A stretch of DNA of 64,000 bases from Candidatus Latescibacterota bacterium (GTDB lineage Bacteria > Latescibacterota > UBA2968 > GCA-2709665), in assembly GCA_965226795.1 (NCBI GenBank), contig CBDDDZ010000005.1, positions 928,001 through 992,000 on the forward strand. The letters run 5' to 3'. Within the stretch, counting starts at the first letter, position 1, and every line of letters begins with the position of its first letter. Positions 1-11,129 of the stretch are shown in pieces. The notes under the pieces are model-generated. The model saw nothing but the letters and a program-made list of their open reading frames with translations, was not told the DNA's origin and did not search any database. The position numbers and the translations under genes are program-made.

Positions 1-38
1 GCAGTAATCGGAACCGGGTTTCGTAAGGATCTAACTCC

Positions 39-458
39 ATGTTAATGCCGAAAAGGGTCAAGTGGCGAAAACAGCAGCGTGGACGCATGCGCGGCATGGC
101 GTACCGGGGAAGCAAGATCGCTTTTGGGGAATTCGCACTCCAGGCGCTGGAGCCCGCATGGATCACCAGCCGGCAAATCGAGGCGGCGCGGGTGGCCATA
201 ACACGCGCACTTGGGCGAGGCGGCAAAGTGTGGATCCGTCTGTTCCCCGACAAACCGGTCACCATCAAACCCGCGGAGACCCGGATGGGCAAGGGCAAAG
301 GGAATCCGGAATACTGGGTGGCTGTCGTCAAACCGGGCCGCATTATGTTCGAAATCGATGGGGTCGAGCGTGAGAGCGCCCGGGAGGCCATGCGAAAGGC
401 CGGCCACAAAATGCCCATCAAAACCCGGTTTATCGAACGTGGAGACAGTGAGGAATGA
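39..458 (+). CDS. rplP: 50S ribosomal protein L16
   Basis: [22 protein letters not shown] and GRIMFEI motifs; position in the S10 operon. Confidence 0.98.
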   Translation: MLMPKRVKWRKQQRGRMRGMAYRGSKIAFGEFALQALEPAWITSRQIEAARVAITRALGRGGKVWIRLFPDKPVTIKPAETRMGKGKGNPEYWVAVVKPGRIMFEIDGVERESAREAMRKAGHKMPIKTRFIERGDSEE

Positions 459-700
459 AAGCCAGCGAGATTCGTAAGATGACAACGGGCGAGGTGGATG
501 AGTTGCTCGTCGACAGGCTCGAGGAGTTGTCCAATTTGAGAATTCAGCATGTCGCGCAACAACTCGACAATCCGCTTCGTGTGCAGTCGGTCCGACGGGA
601 CATCGCCCGAATCAAGACGGTACTGAGCGAGCATGCACGGGATCTGAGCGCCTCAACCAGCGCCCCCGGTGGTGAATCCAATGAACCGGAAGGAAATTAG
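455..700 (+). CDS. rpmC: 50S ribosomal protein L29 with short C-terminal extension
   Basis: MKASEIR...[20 protein letters not shown]; follows rplP with ATGA overlap. Confidence 0.96.
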   Translation: MKASEIRKMTTGEVDELLVDRLEELSNLRIQHVAQQLDNPLRVQSVRRDIARIKTVLSEHARDLSASTSAPGGESNEPEGN

Positions 701-703
701 ACT

Positions 704-970
704 ATGTCACAAACCGACGCCCGCGGCCGTCGTAAGACCCTTGTGGGGCGGGTGCTGAGCAATCAGGCCAATAAGACGATTGTCGTGGAAGTCACCTGGC
801 GAACGCCTCATCCGCTTTATGGCAAGGTTATACGGCGTCGTTCCAAGTTTTCGGCACACGACGAAAACAACTCGGCAAATACCGGGGACACCGTACTGAT
901 TATGGAAACGCGCCCAATCAGCAAGACGAAGAATTGGCGTCTCACCGAGATTCTGGAAAAGGTTCAATAG
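704..970 (+). CDS. rpsQ: 30S ribosomal protein S17
   Basis: [25 protein letters not shown] motifs. Confidence 0.98.
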   Translation: MSQTDARGRRKTLVGRVLSNQANKTIVVEVTWRTPHPLYGKVIRRRSKFSAHDENNSANTGDTVLIMETRPISKTKNWRLTEILEKVQ

Positions 971-983
971 GGAGTACTGCAGA

Positions 984-1352
984 ATGGTTACGGAGCAGAC
1001 GGTTTTGAACTGCGCTGACAATAGCGGCGCCCGAAAGGTAATGTGTTTCCGGGTGCTGGGCGGATCGCGGAGAAGATATGCCGGTCTGGGCGATACAATC
1101 GTGGTCGCTGTAAAAGACGCCCAGCCCAACAGTGCGGTGAAAAAAGGAGAAGTCGCGCGGGCGGTCATTGTTCGGACCAAGAAGGAAGCTCGACGCTCCG
1201 ACGGTTCCTACATTCGTTTCGACGACAATGCGGCGGTGCTGATAGACGCCGAGGGAGAACCGAGGGCAACGCGCATTTTCGGACCGGTTGCAAGGGAACT
1301 GCGCGACAGGCGGTTCATGCGGATTGTGTCTCTCGCGGCTGAAGTGGTTTGA
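984..1352 (+). CDS. rplN: 50S ribosomal protein L14
   Basis: [28 protein letters not shown] motifs. Confidence 0.98.
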   Translation: MVTEQTVLNCADNSGARKVMCFRVLGGSRRRYAGLGDTIVVAVKDAQPNSAVKKGEVARAVIVRTKKEARRSDGSYIRFDDNAAVLIDAEGEPRATRIFGPVARELRDRRFMRIVSLAAEVV

Positions 1353-1379
1353 CTTTTCGACAGTGAGGGGAGTCGATCG

Positions 1380-1709
1380 GTGAAAGTGCATATTCGCAAG
1401 GGAGATCAGGTCGAGGTTATCGGAGGCGTGGATGCGCGGAGGAGGGGACGCGTCCTGAAGGTATTCCCTAAAAAGGCGCGGGCGCTGGTGGAGGGCATAA
1501 ACTTCATTAAACGCCATACCCGGCCCGGACCAAAAAACCAGCAGGGCGGTATTATCGAAAAAGAGGCACCCGTACATATTTCCAAGCTTATGTTGATCGA
1601 TCCGCAGTCCGACGAGCCCACGCGGATACGCCGGACAAGACTGGAGAACGGCGTTCGCATTCGGCTTGCGGTCAAGAGTGGCGAACAGATTGCCGAAGCG
1701 AGCCGATAG
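1380..1709 (+). CDS. rplX: 50S ribosomal protein L24 (GTG start)
   Basis: KOW motif [25 protein letters not shown]. Confidence 0.97.
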   Translation: MKVHIRKGDQVEVIGGVDARRRGRVLKVFPKKARALVEGINFIKRHTRPGPKNQQGGIIEKEAPVHISKLMLIDPQSDEPTRIRRTRLENGVRIRLAVKSGEQIAEASR

Positions 1710-1719
1710 AGAGGGTTTG

Positions 1720-2274
1720 ATGAAGGCGCGACTCCGAGAAGTTTACAACAACGAGATCGTCCCGGCGATGGTTTCACATTTTGCCTACAAGAACAGGATG
1801 CAGGCCCCCAGGCTCGAGAAGATCGTCCTTAACATGGGCCTGGGAGAAGCTGTCCAGAATCCGAAGGCGATCGACAGCGCCATCGCGGATCTGTCAACCA
1901 TAACGGGGCAGCGTCCTTCGGTACGACGGGCGAAGAAGTCGGTCTCGAATTTCAAACTGCGTGAGGGCATGCCAGTCGGGTGCGCGGTTACACTCCGCCG
2001 TGATCGGATGTACGAGTTCCTCGACCGTTTTTTCACGTTTGCCATGCCCCGTACACGCGACTTCCGGGGCTTGTCTCCCAATGCCTTCGACGGCCGGGGG
2101 AATTATACGGTAGGCGTTCGGGAACAGATCATTTTTCCAGAGATCAACTACGATCAGATCGATCAGATTCGGGGGCTGGACCTGACAATCGTTACCACGG
2201 CCCGGACCGACGAAGAGGCATTTGAATTGCTCAGGCGCTTTGGCATGCCGTTCCAGACTGCCGAAGCGGCCTGA
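1720..2274 (+). CDS. rplE: 50S ribosomal protein L5
   Basis: ATG at 1720 after [32 protein letters not shown] motifs. Confidence 0.98.
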   Translation: MKARLREVYNNEIVPAMVSHFAYKNRMQAPRLEKIVLNMGLGEAVQNPKAIDSAIADLSTITGQRPSVRRAKKSVSNFKLREGMPVGCAVTLRRDRMYEFLDRFFTFAMPRTRDFRGLSPNAFDGRGNYTVGVREQIIFPEINYDQIDQIRGLDLTIVTTARTDEEAFELLRRFGMPFQTAEAA

Positions 2275-2296
2275 TTGCAAGAAAGCGAGCGTTGTT

Positions 2297-2482
2297 GTGG
2301 CAAAAAAGACGTTGATTGTCAAGGCAAACAGAAAACCGAAGTTTGCCGTTCGCCGGTATAATCGTTGCCATCGTTGCGGGCGACCCAGAGGCTACATGAG
2401 GCAGTTCGGAATCTGTCGAATCTGCTTCAGACAACTGGCATTGATGGGTGAGATTCCCGGGGTTGCGAAGGCGAGTTGGTAG
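2297..2482 (+). CDS. rpsN: 30S ribosomal protein S14, short zinc-binding (type Z) form
   Basis: GTG at 2297 gives 61 aa (M)AKKTLIVKA...RCHRCGRPR...CRICFR...PGVAKASW with two CxxC motifs. Confidence 0.96.
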   Translation: MAKKTLIVKANRKPKFAVRRYNRCHRCGRPRGYMRQFGICRICFRQLALMGEIPGVAKASW

Positions 2483-2513
2483 CAGTTGTGACAGACAGGA
2501 GGTGGTTGGCCCT

Positions 2514-2912
2514 ATGAGTATGAGCGATCCGATTGCGGATATGCTGACCCGTATTAGGAATGCAGCCGGTGCAGGGCACCGGAAAGTAGACATTCCGGGC
2601 TCGAGGCTAAAGACTGAAATTGCCCGGATTATGAAAACAAAAGGGTTCATCCACAACTACGCCTGCGTGGAGGACAACCGGCAGGGTTACATCCGGCTGT
2701 ATCTCAAGTACAGTTCGGACGACGAGAGCGCCGTACAGGGGTTGGAACGCATCAGCCGACCTGGGGTCCGTCGTTACGTCGGTGTCGGTGAGATCCCCAG
2801 GGTGCTAAGTGGTCTCGGCGTGGCCGTACTTTCCACGTCGCGGGGTATACTTACCGATAGCGAGGCTCGCATGGCCGGGGTTGGCGGCGAGGTTCTCTGC
2901 CACCTCTGGTAA
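2514..2912 (+). CDS. rpsH: 30S ribosomal protein S8
   Basis: MSMSDPIADMLTRIRNA, ISRPGVRRY, GGEVLC motifs; RBS AGGAGG upstream. Confidence 0.98.
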   Translation: MSMSDPIADMLTRIRNAAGAGHRKVDIPGSRLKTEIARIMKTKGFIHNYACVEDNRQGYIRLYLKYSSDDESAVQGLERISRPGVRRYVGVGEIPRVLSGLGVAVLSTSRGILTDSEARMAGVGGEVLCHLW

Positions 2913-2928
2913 ATGGGGAGGAGTTCAG

Positions 2929-3495
2929 GTGTCACGCATTGGAAAACAGCCGATTTCCGTTCCGGATGGCGTTCAGATACAGGTTCAGTCTGGCGGCGTG
3001 CTGGTGAAAGGGAGCAAGGGCGAATTGACGGTACGGGTTCATCCGTTAACACAGGTCCTGCAGGAGGACGGGATGCTCCGTGTCACGGTTGAGGATATAG
3101 AAGACCGGGAGTCAAGCGCGGTGTGGGGCCTGACCCGGGCGTTGTTGGCCAATGCGGTTGAAGGCGTGGGCAATGGATTTGAAAAGCGGCTGGTCGTCGT
3201 GGGTGTGGGGTATCGTGCTGAAATGAAGGGCAGGAATCTCGATCTACAGGTCGGTTTCAGCCATCCCGTGATTTTGGAGCCTCTTGAGGGCGTCGAAATG
3301 AGTGTTGAAGCGGCCCCCGCCGCAATTGAAATGGCCCAGGCGTCCATTGTCGTTCGGGGTGCCGATAAAGAACGAGTGGGGCGGATGGCCTCCGATATTC
3401 GAAAAGTCCGTCCTCCCGAGCCTTACAAGGGTAAGGGAATACGGTACGATAATGAATACGTCCGTCGCAAGGCTGGCAAGGGCGCTGCAACGTAA
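2929..3495 (+). CDS. rplF: 50S ribosomal protein L6 (GTG start)
   Basis: (M)SRIGKQPI, GVGYRA, RPPEPYKGKGIRY motifs. Confidence 0.97.
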   Translation: MSRIGKQPISVPDGVQIQVQSGGVLVKGSKGELTVRVHPLTQVLQEDGMLRVTVEDIEDRESSAVWGLTRALLANAVEGVGNGFEKRLVVVGVGYRAEMKGRNLDLQVGFSHPVILEPLEGVEMSVEAAPAAIEMAQASIVVRGADKERVGRMASDIRKVRPPEPYKGKGIRYDNEYVRRKAGKGAAT

Positions 3496-3522
3496 ATTTC
3501 AGGAAGCACGGAGCGGATTTTC

Positions 3523-3891
3523 ATGGCAAACCCACAGATCCAGAAGGCGAACCTGCGCCGCCGCCGCCGATTGCGAATTCGAAAAAAGATCCGCGGTACG
3601 CCCGGGCGGCCCCGATTGGCGGTAAGCAGAAGCCTGAACCACATTGAGGTGCAGCTGATCGACGACACAACGGGGCGGTCCTTGCTCGGTCTTTCCAGCA
3701 ATTCCCGGGAGATCCGCGACACGCTCTCGGGCAACAAGAGCCAAAAGGGCCGCGAGGTGGGGCGGGCCGTCGCAGTTAAGGCACTGGAAGTCGGCATCAA
3801 AACGGTTGTTTTCGATCGGGGCGGCCACCTGTATCATGGACGGATTAAAGCATTGGCCGACGGCGCGCGCGAAGGCGGATTGTTGTTTTAG
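3523..3891 (+). CDS. rplR: 50S ribosomal protein L18
   Basis: [38 protein letters not shown] motifs. Confidence 0.98.
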   Translation: MANPQIQKANLRRRRRLRIRKKIRGTPGRPRLAVSRSLNHIEVQLIDDTTGRSLLGLSSNSREIRDTLSGNKSQKGREVGRAVAVKALEVGIKTVVFDRGGHLYHGRIKALADGAREGGLLF

Positions 3892-3922
3892 GGGTTGTTT
3901 CCAGATTCAAAGGAGTGCCCAT

Positions 3923-4438
3923 TTGAAACGAATAGATCCTTCGGGATTGGACCTGACCGAAATCGTCATCAATAACAGCCTCAAGCGTGTATCCCACGTG
4001 CGAAAGGGCGGCCGTCGCTTTGCATTCAACGTGATGGTTGTTGTCGGCGACCGTCAGGGTCACGTAGGAGCCGGATTGGGCAAGGCGGGAGAGGTGGCCG
4101 AAGCAATCCGCAAAGCCACCGAAAACGCAAGAAAGGAAGTGGTACGTATACCGGTTATCAACGGAACGCTGCCACATGAGATCATCGGAGTCTTTGGCGC
4201 TTCCCGGGTGCTGCTGAAGCCTGCTGCGCCAGGAACTGGCGTGATCGCCGGGGGCGGTATTCGAGCGGTTCTGGAATTGGCAGGCGTGCAGAACGTGCTG
4301 ACCAAATCACTGGGGTCCCAGAATACCCACAATACCGTGAAGGCCACGCTTCAGGGCCTGTCCGGCCTCCGGGACGCGCGGGCGTTTGCACGGTTACGGA
4401 ATGTCGATGAAGCGGAATTGAGCGGTGCTCGGGAGTGA
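3923..4438 (+). CDS. rpsE: 30S ribosomal protein S5 (probable TTG start)
   Basis: AAGGAG RBS then TTG at 3923; [23 protein letters not shown] motifs. Confidence 0.96.
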   Translation: MKRIDPSGLDLTEIVINNSLKRVSHVRKGGRRFAFNVMVVVGDRQGHVGAGLGKAGEVAEAIRKATENARKEVVRIPVINGTLPHEIIGVFGASRVLLKPAAPGTGVIAGGGIRAVLELAGVQNVLTKSLGSQNTHNTVKATLQGLSGLRDARAFARLRNVDEAELSGARE

Positions 4439-4444
4439 TGCGGC

Positions 4445-4642
4445 ATGGCACACGACGGAAGAAAGCTTAAAATCACCCAGGTTCGCAGTTTGATTTCTCG
4501 CAATGAAAAGCAGCGGCGTACACTCACTGCGCTCGGAATTCGCCGGATTCACCACAGTGTGGTTCATGACGATACGGCGCAGATTCGCGGTATGGTCAAC
4601 ACGGTTGCACACCTTGTGAAGGTGAAACACACAGACGGCTGA
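4445..4642 (+). CDS. rpmD: 50S ribosomal protein L30
   Basis: LKITQVRSLI...TLTALGIRR...IRGMVNTVAHLV. Confidence 0.96.
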   Translation: MAHDGRKLKITQVRSLISRNEKQRRTLTALGIRRIHHSVVHDDTAQIRGMVNTVAHLVKVKHTDG

Positions 4643-4717
4643 TTCCGGGTAACGACGTCTGCACGGCCAGTCTGGAAGAATCGGGATTGTTTACTCGTAC
4701 GTATAAGGGTCAGCAAG

Positions 4718-5179
4718 ATGAAACCAGGGAAACTCAAGCCCCCGGCAGGTGCTGTCAAGAGCCGGAAACGACTGGGCTGCGGCGTTGGTTCCGGCTGCGG
4801 GAAAACCAGCGGCAAGGGGCACAAGGGTCAGAAGTCGCGTTCGGGCGCGAAGAAAAGGCCGTGGTTTGAAGGCGGGCAGATGCCGTTGCAACGCAGGCTG
4901 CCCAAAGTAGGATTCAACAACCCCCTGAAGGTGGTCTATCAGGTCGTTAATCTGGACGATATCGTCAAACGGGGATTGTCCGGTCAGGTGACTCCCGAAC
5001 ATCTGAAACAGTCGGGTCTGATACGGTCGATTCGGCGGCCTGTGAAGATTCTGGGGCGGGGTGAGGTTTCCGATGTCATACAGGTTCAGGCGCACGCAGT
5101 ATCCAGTTCGGCTTCCGGGAAAATCGAAGCGGCCGGAGGAAGTGTCAGCCTGATGGACTCCGGTTCCCAGGCGGGTTAA
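4718..5179 (+). CDS. rplO: 50S ribosomal protein L15
   Basis: GSGCGKTSGKGHKGQKSRSG, FEGGQMPLQRRLPKVGF motifs. Confidence 0.97.
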   Translation: MKPGKLKPPAGAVKSRKRLGCGVGSGCGKTSGKGHKGQKSRSGAKKRPWFEGGQMPLQRRLPKVGFNNPLKVVYQVVNLDDIVKRGLSGQVTPEHLKQSGLIRSIRRPVKILGRGEVSDVIQVQAHAVSSSASGKIEAAGGSVSLMDSGSQAG

Positions 5180-5194
5180 TTTGGAGAGGAGGCG

Positions 5195-6535
5195 GTGGTG
5201 CTCCAGAGTTTCCAGAGTGCCTTTCGAATCCCCGAGTTACGCAATCGCATCCTGTTTACGCTGGGTATTCTGATCGTCTTCCGGGTTGGCACGTACGTGA
5301 CCATTCCCGGCATCGATCCGAGGGCCCTGGACGAATACTTCAGCACCGCCGCTACGGGCGTCCTGGGATTTTATGACATGTTTGCCGGTGGCGCATTCGG
5401 CCGTGCAACCGTATTCGCACTGGGTATTATGCCGTATATCAGCGCCTCAATCATCCTTCAGTTGATGGGCGCTGTCATTCCCTTTTTGCAAAAACTCCAG
5501 AAGGAAGGCGAAGAGGGGCGCAAGAAGATCACCCAATATACCCGCTACGGAACCGTTGCGCTGGCTGCCGCTCAGTCCTTTGGCGTCAGTCTGTTTATGG
5601 AAAGCCTCCGGTCGCCCATCACGGGAATGCTGGTTGTGCCGGATCCGGGTTTGGGCTTTCGATTGCTGACGATTCTGACCATAACCTCCGGAACCGTGTT
5701 TGTGATGTGGTTGGGGGAACAGATCGACGACCGAGGTATCGGTAACGGCATGTCGATGTTGATTTTCGTTGGGATAATTGCTCGTGCGCCCGCGGCCGTC
5801 ATTCAGGAATATCAGGATTTCTTGGCCAACAACAAGCCCATTCTGCTGGAGTTGTTCGTGGTCGTCATCATTGTCGCGGTTACCGCGCTGGTGGTGCTCA
5901 TTACGCAGGGCACTCGAAAAATCCCGGTACAATATGCCAAGCGTGTCGTGGGCAGGCGGGTTTATGGCGGCCAGAGTACACATATTCCATTGAAGGTGAA
6001 TACCTCCGGGGTGATGCCGATAATTTTCGCGCAGGCCATCATGTTTTTGCCGTCCACTCTGGCCAATTTTTTTCCGATGAACGAGTGGGTGCAGGATATG
6101 GCGTCCCGGTTTTCGCCCGCCACCACATTACACGCGATGCCGTATTGGATTTTTTATTCAGCGATGATCATCTTTTTCGCGTATTTTTACACGGCAATCG
6201 TATTCAATCCTGTAGACCTGGCCGACAATATGAAGCGGCAGGGCGGGTTCATTCCCGGAATCCGGCCCGGAAAACGCACTTCCGATTTTATCGATCGGAT
6301 TCTGACCCGAATTACGCTTCCGGGAGCGATTTTTCTGGCGGCAATCGCGGTCTTCCCGTTTTTCATTATCAGTTGGGCCGATGTGAATCCCGGTCTGATC
6401 GACTTCTTCGGGGGTACCGGGCTACTGATTATCGTAGGCGTGGCGCTGGACACGTTGCAGCGGGTGGAGTCACATCTCCTGATGCGGCACTACGATGGCT
6501 TTATGAAAAAGGGACGGCTGAGGGGCCGAAGATGA
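5195..6535 (+). CDS. secY: Preprotein translocase subunit SecY
   Basis: About 10 hydrophobic segments; [32 protein letters not shown] motifs; start GTG at 5195 or 5198. Confidence 0.98.
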   Translation: MVLQSFQSAFRIPELRNRILFTLGILIVFRVGTYVTIPGIDPRALDEYFSTAATGVLGFYDMFAGGAFGRATVFALGIMPYISASIILQLMGAVIPFLQKLQKEGEEGRKKITQYTRYGTVALAAAQSFGVSLFMESLRSPITGMLVVPDPGLGFRLLTILTITSGTVFVMWLGEQIDDRGIGNGMSMLIFVGIIARAPAAVIQEYQDFLANNKPILLELFVVVIIVAVTALVVLITQGTRKIPVQYAKRVVGRRVYGGQSTHIPLKVNTSGVMPIIFAQAIMFLPSTLANFFPMNEWVQDMASRFSPATTLHAMPYWIFYSAMIIFFAYFYTAIVFNPVDLADNMKRQGGFIPGIRPGKRTSDFIDRILTRITLPGAIFLAAIAVFPFFIISWADVNPGLIDFFGGTGLLIIVGVALDTLQRVESHLLMRHYDGFMKKGRLRGRR

Positions 6536-6551
6536 CCGAAAGGATAGAAGG

Positions 6552-6668
6552 ATGAAGGTTCGTGCGTCTGTCAAGAAACGCTGCAATCACTGCAAGATTA
6601 TTCGTAGAAAAGGTGTGGTTCGGGTGATTTGTAAACACGATCCAAGTCATAAACAGAGACAGGGATAG
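6552..6668 (+). CDS. rpmJ: 50S ribosomal protein L36 (zinc-ribbon form); not in the ORF track
   Basis: Manual translation [38 protein letters not shown]. Confidence 0.97.
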   Translation: MKVRASVKKRCNHCKIIRRKGVVRVICKHDPSHKQRQG

Positions 6669-6700
6669 GCCTTCGGAAACCGAACGGAGGAGGAGAAACG

Positions 6701-7081
6701 ATGGCTCGTATCGCAGGGGTCGATGTTCCGCGCGAAAAGCGGGTTGAAATCGCGCTAACCTATATTTACGGTATTGGCAGAAGCGCCTCAAAACGGATCC
6801 TGGAGAAGACGCAGATTTCCCCGGACACCCGTGTTGACGCGTTGAGCGAGGAAGACGTCACCAAACTCCGGAGCGTGATCGAGGGGGAATACCGGGTGGA
6901 GGGCAACCTGAGGAGCGAGGTGGCCATGAATATCAAGCGGCTGATGGACATCGGTTGCTATCGCGGGCTTCGGTGGCGGAGGGGGCTCCCGGTGCGCGGT
7001 CAGCGGACCCGGACCAACGCCCGGACACGGAAGGGGCCTAAAAAACGTCAGATTGCCAAAAGGAAGAAAGCGCAAATTTAA
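6701..7081 (+). CDS. rpsM: 30S ribosomal protein S13
   Basis: [34 protein letters not shown] motifs. Confidence 0.98.
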   Translation: MARIAGVDVPREKRVEIALTYIYGIGRSASKRILEKTQISPDTRVDALSEEDVTKLRSVIEGEYRVEGNLRSEVAMNIKRLMDIGCYRGLRWRRGLPVRGQRTRTNARTRKGPKKRQIAKRKKAQI

Positions 7082-7104
7082 TCTCCACCCAAGGAGGCGA
7101 TCAC

Positions 7105-7494
7105 TTGCCGCCGGAACAAAGCAAAGGCAGACGAAGGAACAAGCGGGTCGACGGGCAGGGTGTTGCCCACATTAAAGCAACGTTCAACAATACCATTGTT
7201 ACCCTGACCGACAAAGACGGACACGTGGTTTCGTGGTCCACAACTGGCAAGGTGGGTTTTAAGGGTTCGCGGAAGAGTACGCCCTTTGCCGCCCAGATGG
7301 CTGCGGAAGCCGCGGCAAAAGAAGCGATGTCTATGGGGCTGCGACGTGTCGAGGTATGGGTCAAGGGCCCGGGTGTCGGCCGCGAGGCCGCCGTTCGTGC
7401 GCTGCAGGGCGCCGGGCTGGAAATCGCGGCCATTCGCGACGTCACTCCCATTCCTCATAACGGCTGTCGGCCGCCGAAGCGGCGTCGGGTGTAA
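7105..7494 (+). CDS. rpsK: 30S ribosomal protein S11 (TTG start)
   Basis: [46 protein letters not shown]. Confidence 0.98.
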   Translation: MPPEQSKGRRRNKRVDGQGVAHIKATFNNTIVTLTDKDGHVVSWSTTGKVGFKGSRKSTPFAAQMAAEAAAKEAMSMGLRRVEVWVKGPGVGREAAVRALQGAGLEIAAIRDVTPIPHNGCRPPKRRRV

Positions 7495-7521
7495 CGGCAT
7501 CCGACCGAGGAGGTCTATTGC

Positions 7522-8151
7522 ATGGCAAGGTATACGGATTCGAACTGCAAATTGTGTCGCCGCGAAGGGGTAAAGTTATTCCTTAAAGGTGAACGCTGCC
7601 ACCTGGACAAATGCGCTTTCGAAAAGCGTAGCTATGCGCCGGGCATGCACGGACAGAGGCAGGGTCGCAAGCCTTCGGAATATGCCCTGCAACTCAGGGA
7701 AAAGCAAAAGGCCAAGCGCCAGTACGGTGTGCTGGAGAAGCAGTTCCGAGGCTACTATCACAAGGCCGCCAGCCGGAAGGGTGTAACGGGAGAGCTTCTC
7801 CTGCAGACGCTCGAGATCCGCCTGGACAACGTCACCCACCGGCTGGGCTTCGCGCCTTCTCACAAGTCGGCGCGTCAGTTGGTGCGCCATCGGCACATTA
7901 TGGTAAATAGTCGTATCGTAGACGTGCCTTCTTTTCAGGTCACGCCAGGCGATACAATTCAGGTACGGGAAAAGAGCCGCCAACTGGCGCTGATTCACGA
8001 CTCCATCAAGCGGATCGGCGAGGGGCGCCAGGCGCCGTGGTTGTCTCTGGACAAAGTCAATCTCATGGGCACCGTTCTTGAGTATCCCGACAGGGAAGGT
8101 ATTCCGACGCCGATCGAAGAGCATCTCATTGTGGAGTTGTATTCGAAATAA
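7522..8151 (+). CDS. rpsD: 30S ribosomal protein S4 (Cys-containing N-terminus)
   Basis: [37 protein letters not shown] motifs. Confidence 0.98.
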   Translation: MARYTDSNCKLCRREGVKLFLKGERCHLDKCAFEKRSYAPGMHGQRQGRKPSEYALQLREKQKAKRQYGVLEKQFRGYYHKAASRKGVTGELLLQTLEIRLDNVTHRLGFAPSHKSARQLVRHRHIMVNSRIVDVPSFQVTPGDTIQVREKSRQLALIHDSIKRIGEGRQAPWLSLDKVNLMGTVLEYPDREGIPTPIEEHLIVELYSK

Positions 8152-8241
8152 TCGCTACGTTTTGATGAGGAGTAGTCCCGTTTTCCAAGCAAGGCACGGG
8201 CTGCCTTATTGCCTTTCAGAGGATCTAAGGAGAATTCTTGT

Positions 8242-9258
8242 ATGAAGCCTAAAAACCTCCAGATGCCCAGGTCCGTCCAGATCGATGAGGAAAGCCTCAC
8301 CAGTTCCTACGGGATGTTTACGGTGCAACCTCTGGAACGCGGGTTTGGAACCACAATTGGCAATGCGTTGCGCCGGTTATTGCTCTCATCCATAGAAGGC
8401 GCGGCCGTAAAGGCCATTCGGGTGGAAGGGGTGCAACACGAGTTCTCCGTTGTCCAGGGCGTTGTCGAAGACATGACTGAAATCGTTCTGAACCTAAAAG
8501 AGGTAAACCTGCGGATGCATTCAGACGAAGACAAACTGATTCGCATCGACAACGTGGGGCCGGGCGCGTTGACGGCGAAGGAATTGGAGGTGGATGCGGA
8601 CATCGAAATCATGAACCCCGATCAGCACATCGCATCGCTGGATAAAGACGGTCATTTGGAAATGGAAATTACAGTAGGCAACGGGCGGGGTTATGTTCTG
8701 GCGGAAGAGAACAAAGTCGCCGACCCCGCTACGGACACGATCTTGCTCGACTCTGCGTTTTCTCCTATCCGAAAAGTGCATTACGAGGTGGGTAACGCCC
8801 GCGTGGGTCAACAGACTGACTACGACAAGCTGACATTGACAGTCTGGACCAACGGAGCCGTTCGGCCTGACGACGCCGTGTCTTGTGCGGCAAAGATACT
8901 GAAGGACCATTTGGAACTCTTTATTCACTTTGAGGAAGAGCCGGAGGAGGAGGACGAGGAAATAATCGACGAAGACACACAACGCGTGGCTACACTTCTG
9001 CAGATGCCGGTGGAAGAACTGGAACTGTCGGTCCGTTCCGCCAACTGTTTGAAGGCTGCCAATATTCTGACCCTCGAAGACCTCGTGCAGAAGACCGAGA
9101 CGGAGATGCTGAAGTTTCGGAATTTTGGCCGCAAATCGCTGAACGAGTTGACGGCCATCCTGGAAGGGGTGGACCTGCAGTTCGGCATGGATTTAGCCAA
9201 ATACAGTGGGATTGCCGCCAAGAGTGAAGAGGTGGCGGTGCTGGAAGATGAATTCTAA
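8242..9258 (+). CDS. rpoA: RNA polymerase alpha subunit
   Basis: PLERGFGTTIGNALRRLLLSS, TDYDKL, LELSVRSANCL, NFGRKSL; ATG at 8242 after AAGGAG. Confidence 0.98.
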   Translation: MKPKNLQMPRSVQIDEESLTSSYGMFTVQPLERGFGTTIGNALRRLLLSSIEGAAVKAIRVEGVQHEFSVVQGVVEDMTEIVLNLKEVNLRMHSDEDKLIRIDNVGPGALTAKELEVDADIEIMNPDQHIASLDKDGHLEMEITVGNGRGYVLAEENKVADPATDTILLDSAFSPIRKVHYEVGNARVGQQTDYDKLTLTVWTNGAVRPDDAVSCAAKILKDHLELFIHFEEEPEEEDEEIIDEDTQRVATLLQMPVEELELSVRSANCLKAANILTLEDLVQKTETEMLKFRNFGRKSLNELTAILEGVDLQFGMDLAKYSGIAAKSEEVAVLEDEF

Positions 9259-9273
9259 CCGGAAAGACGGGCG

Positions 9274-9825
9274 ATGAGACACGGAAAGAGAGGGCGCAAG
9301 CTCGGACGTACAGCCAGCCACAAGAGAGCGATGTTAAACAACATGGCCGCGTCTCTGTTTACGTACGGTTCAATACGCACGACCCACTCAAAGGCCAAGG
9401 AGTTGCGCGGAATGGCCGAACGCCTGATTACGTTCGCCAAGAGGGGCGATTTACACGCCAGACGGATGGTTCTGCGGCGGATTCGAGACCAGCGTGTGGT
9501 TGCCAAACTCTTCGACGAAATCGCAACTTCGTTTTCCGAACGTAATGGTGGGTATCTGCGGTTGCTCAAACTTGGTCCCCGACGCGGCGACCGTGTTGAA
9601 ATGTGTCTTGTGGAGATGGTAGGGGAGGAAATGAGGGCCGATTTCGCCGGGCGTTCAGAATCTCTCGACGAAGCCGGTCCCGAGAATAAAGACGGGAATT
9701 CAGAAGAAGCTTCCGCTGAGGAGACCGCGGACGAATCGGGCGAACCATCTTCGGTTCCTCCCGATAAGGCCAACTCCGAGGGGGCCGGCGAATCCGAAGA
9801 GGAACAAGAGCGTACGAAAAAATGA
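9274..9825 (+). CDS. rplQ: 50S ribosomal protein L17 with long acidic C-terminal tail
   Basis: MRHGKRGRKLGRTASHKRAM, RNGGYLRLLK, RRGD motifs; Glu/Ser-rich tail. Confidence 0.97.
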   Translation: MRHGKRGRKLGRTASHKRAMLNNMAASLFTYGSIRTTHSKAKELRGMAERLITFAKRGDLHARRMVLRRIRDQRVVAKLFDEIATSFSERNGGYLRLLKLGPRRGDRVEMCLVEMVGEEMRADFAGRSESLDEAGPENKDGNSEEASAEETADESGEPSSVPPDKANSEGAGESEEEQERTKK

Positions 9826-11129
9826 GTCCGTTACGTCGTGACAATATCGGGACAAGAGGGCAAATCGACAAATCGGTCGATTTGCCCTCTGTTTTCAGAG
9901 CAGTTCCCGCGGGAAAACTCGCCTGTCTTTGCATTGTGCTCTGCCTCTGTTCGGGTGCAGTTGACGGATCCGGCAGGCCGAATGACGAGTTCAGGGGATT
10001 GTGGGTGGCTCGCCATTGGCTGATGAATCGGGAAAAGGTGATGCTTGCGGTGCGCACCGCCGTAGACGGGCGGATGAACGCGCTCCTGGCCCAGGTTCGG
10101 GGCCGAGGCGATGCCTTCTACCTAAGCCGTGTGGTACCAAGGGCGGATTCTCTCTCCGGAACGGAGTTCGATCCACTTGCGCTTCTCGTGGAGGAGGGGC
10201 ACCGGGCCGGGCTGGAAGTGCACGCTTGGGTAAATATGTACCTCACGTGGCATCCGACAGAGCGGCGGCCTGAGTCGACCCGGCATATATTTCTGCGCCA
10301 TCCCGAGTGGTTCATGCGTTCCGCCGACGGGATCGACATGGGGCGCGTTGAGCTCGATGGCGTAGATCTTGTCAAGCGCGGGGTGGAAGGGCGATATCTT
10401 TCACCTGGCAATTCCGGAGTCCGGACCCATCTGCTCAAGGTCATTGAAGAGATCGTCGAGAAATACGATATTGACGGCATTCACATGGATTATGTCCGGT
10501 ATCCAAATATTCACTATGACTACCATCCCGCAGTGAGGGCGGAATTTACCAGACGCATCGGCCTCGACCCAACTGAATCGAAGGACAGCAAGCGGGAGCC
10601 CGGCGGCGAGACGGACGTGACCGATGTCAGGCAGGTATGGGAAAAATGGCGGAGTGAACAGGTCAGCGTGCTGGTTGGTCAGGTGCATGAGCTGATTGCA
10701 CGGCTCAAGCCCGCTGTCAAGTTATCCGCGGCCGTCAAGCCGGACATCGGATCCGCATACTCACAATACGGCCAGGATTGGATCGGGTGGACCAACGGAG
10801 GATTCGTGGACTTTGTGGTACCAATGTTCTATGTCGGGTCCACGGCGGAGATCGAACTTCAGATGACCGTAGCCAGGAAGCGCGTGAAAAAGGGGAGTCT
10901 GTATGCCGGAATCGGACTCTGGAATCAAGAAGCCGGCGACACGGCCGCTCAGATTGACATCGCGCGACGTGTAGGATTCCAGGGTGTCGTGTTGTATTCC
11001 GTCGATGGATTCGTACAGCAGCACGGTCTGATGGGCGAGTTGCGCAAGGGCCCATTTCGAGAGCCGTCGGCCCGGCCGAAGCCGAAATCGAAGGAGGAGG
11101 GCACCTGTGCTGAAACCCAGGCGCGGTGA
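9822..11129 (+). CDS. Glycoside hydrolase-like family 10 (GHL10/UPF0748, YddW/DigH-like) exported protein; true start may be downstream
   Basis: EFRGLWV, QVRGRGDAFY, FDPLA, GLEVHAW, YDIDGIHMDYVRYP, QDW motifs; hydrophobic Cys-rich N-terminal segment. Confidence 0.85.
   Translation: MSPLRRDNIGTRGQIDKSVDLPSVFRAVPAGKLACLCIVLCLCSGAVDGSGRPNDEFRGLWVARHWLMNREKVMLAVRTAVDGRMNALLAQVRGRGDAFYLSRVVPRADSLSGTEFDPLALLVEEGHRAGLEVHAWVNMYLTWHPTERRPESTRHIFLRHPEWFMRSADGIDMGRVELDGVDLVKRGVEGRYLSPGNSGVRTHLLKVIEEIVEKYDIDGIHMDYVRYPNIHYDYHPAVRAEFTRRIGLDPTESKDSKREPGGETDVTDVRQVWEKWRSEQVSVLVGQVHELIARLKPAVKLSAAVKPDIGSAYSQYGQDWIGWTNGGFVDFVVPMFYVGSTAEIELQMTVARKRVKKGSLYAGIGLWNQEAGDTAAQIDIARRVGFQGVVLYSVDGFVQQHGLMGELRKGPFREPSARPKPKSKEEGTCAETQAR

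Noticed and set aside
1..7. 3' end of rpsC (…CAG TAA)
   Set aside because: Expected from synteny, but too few bases to support a call.
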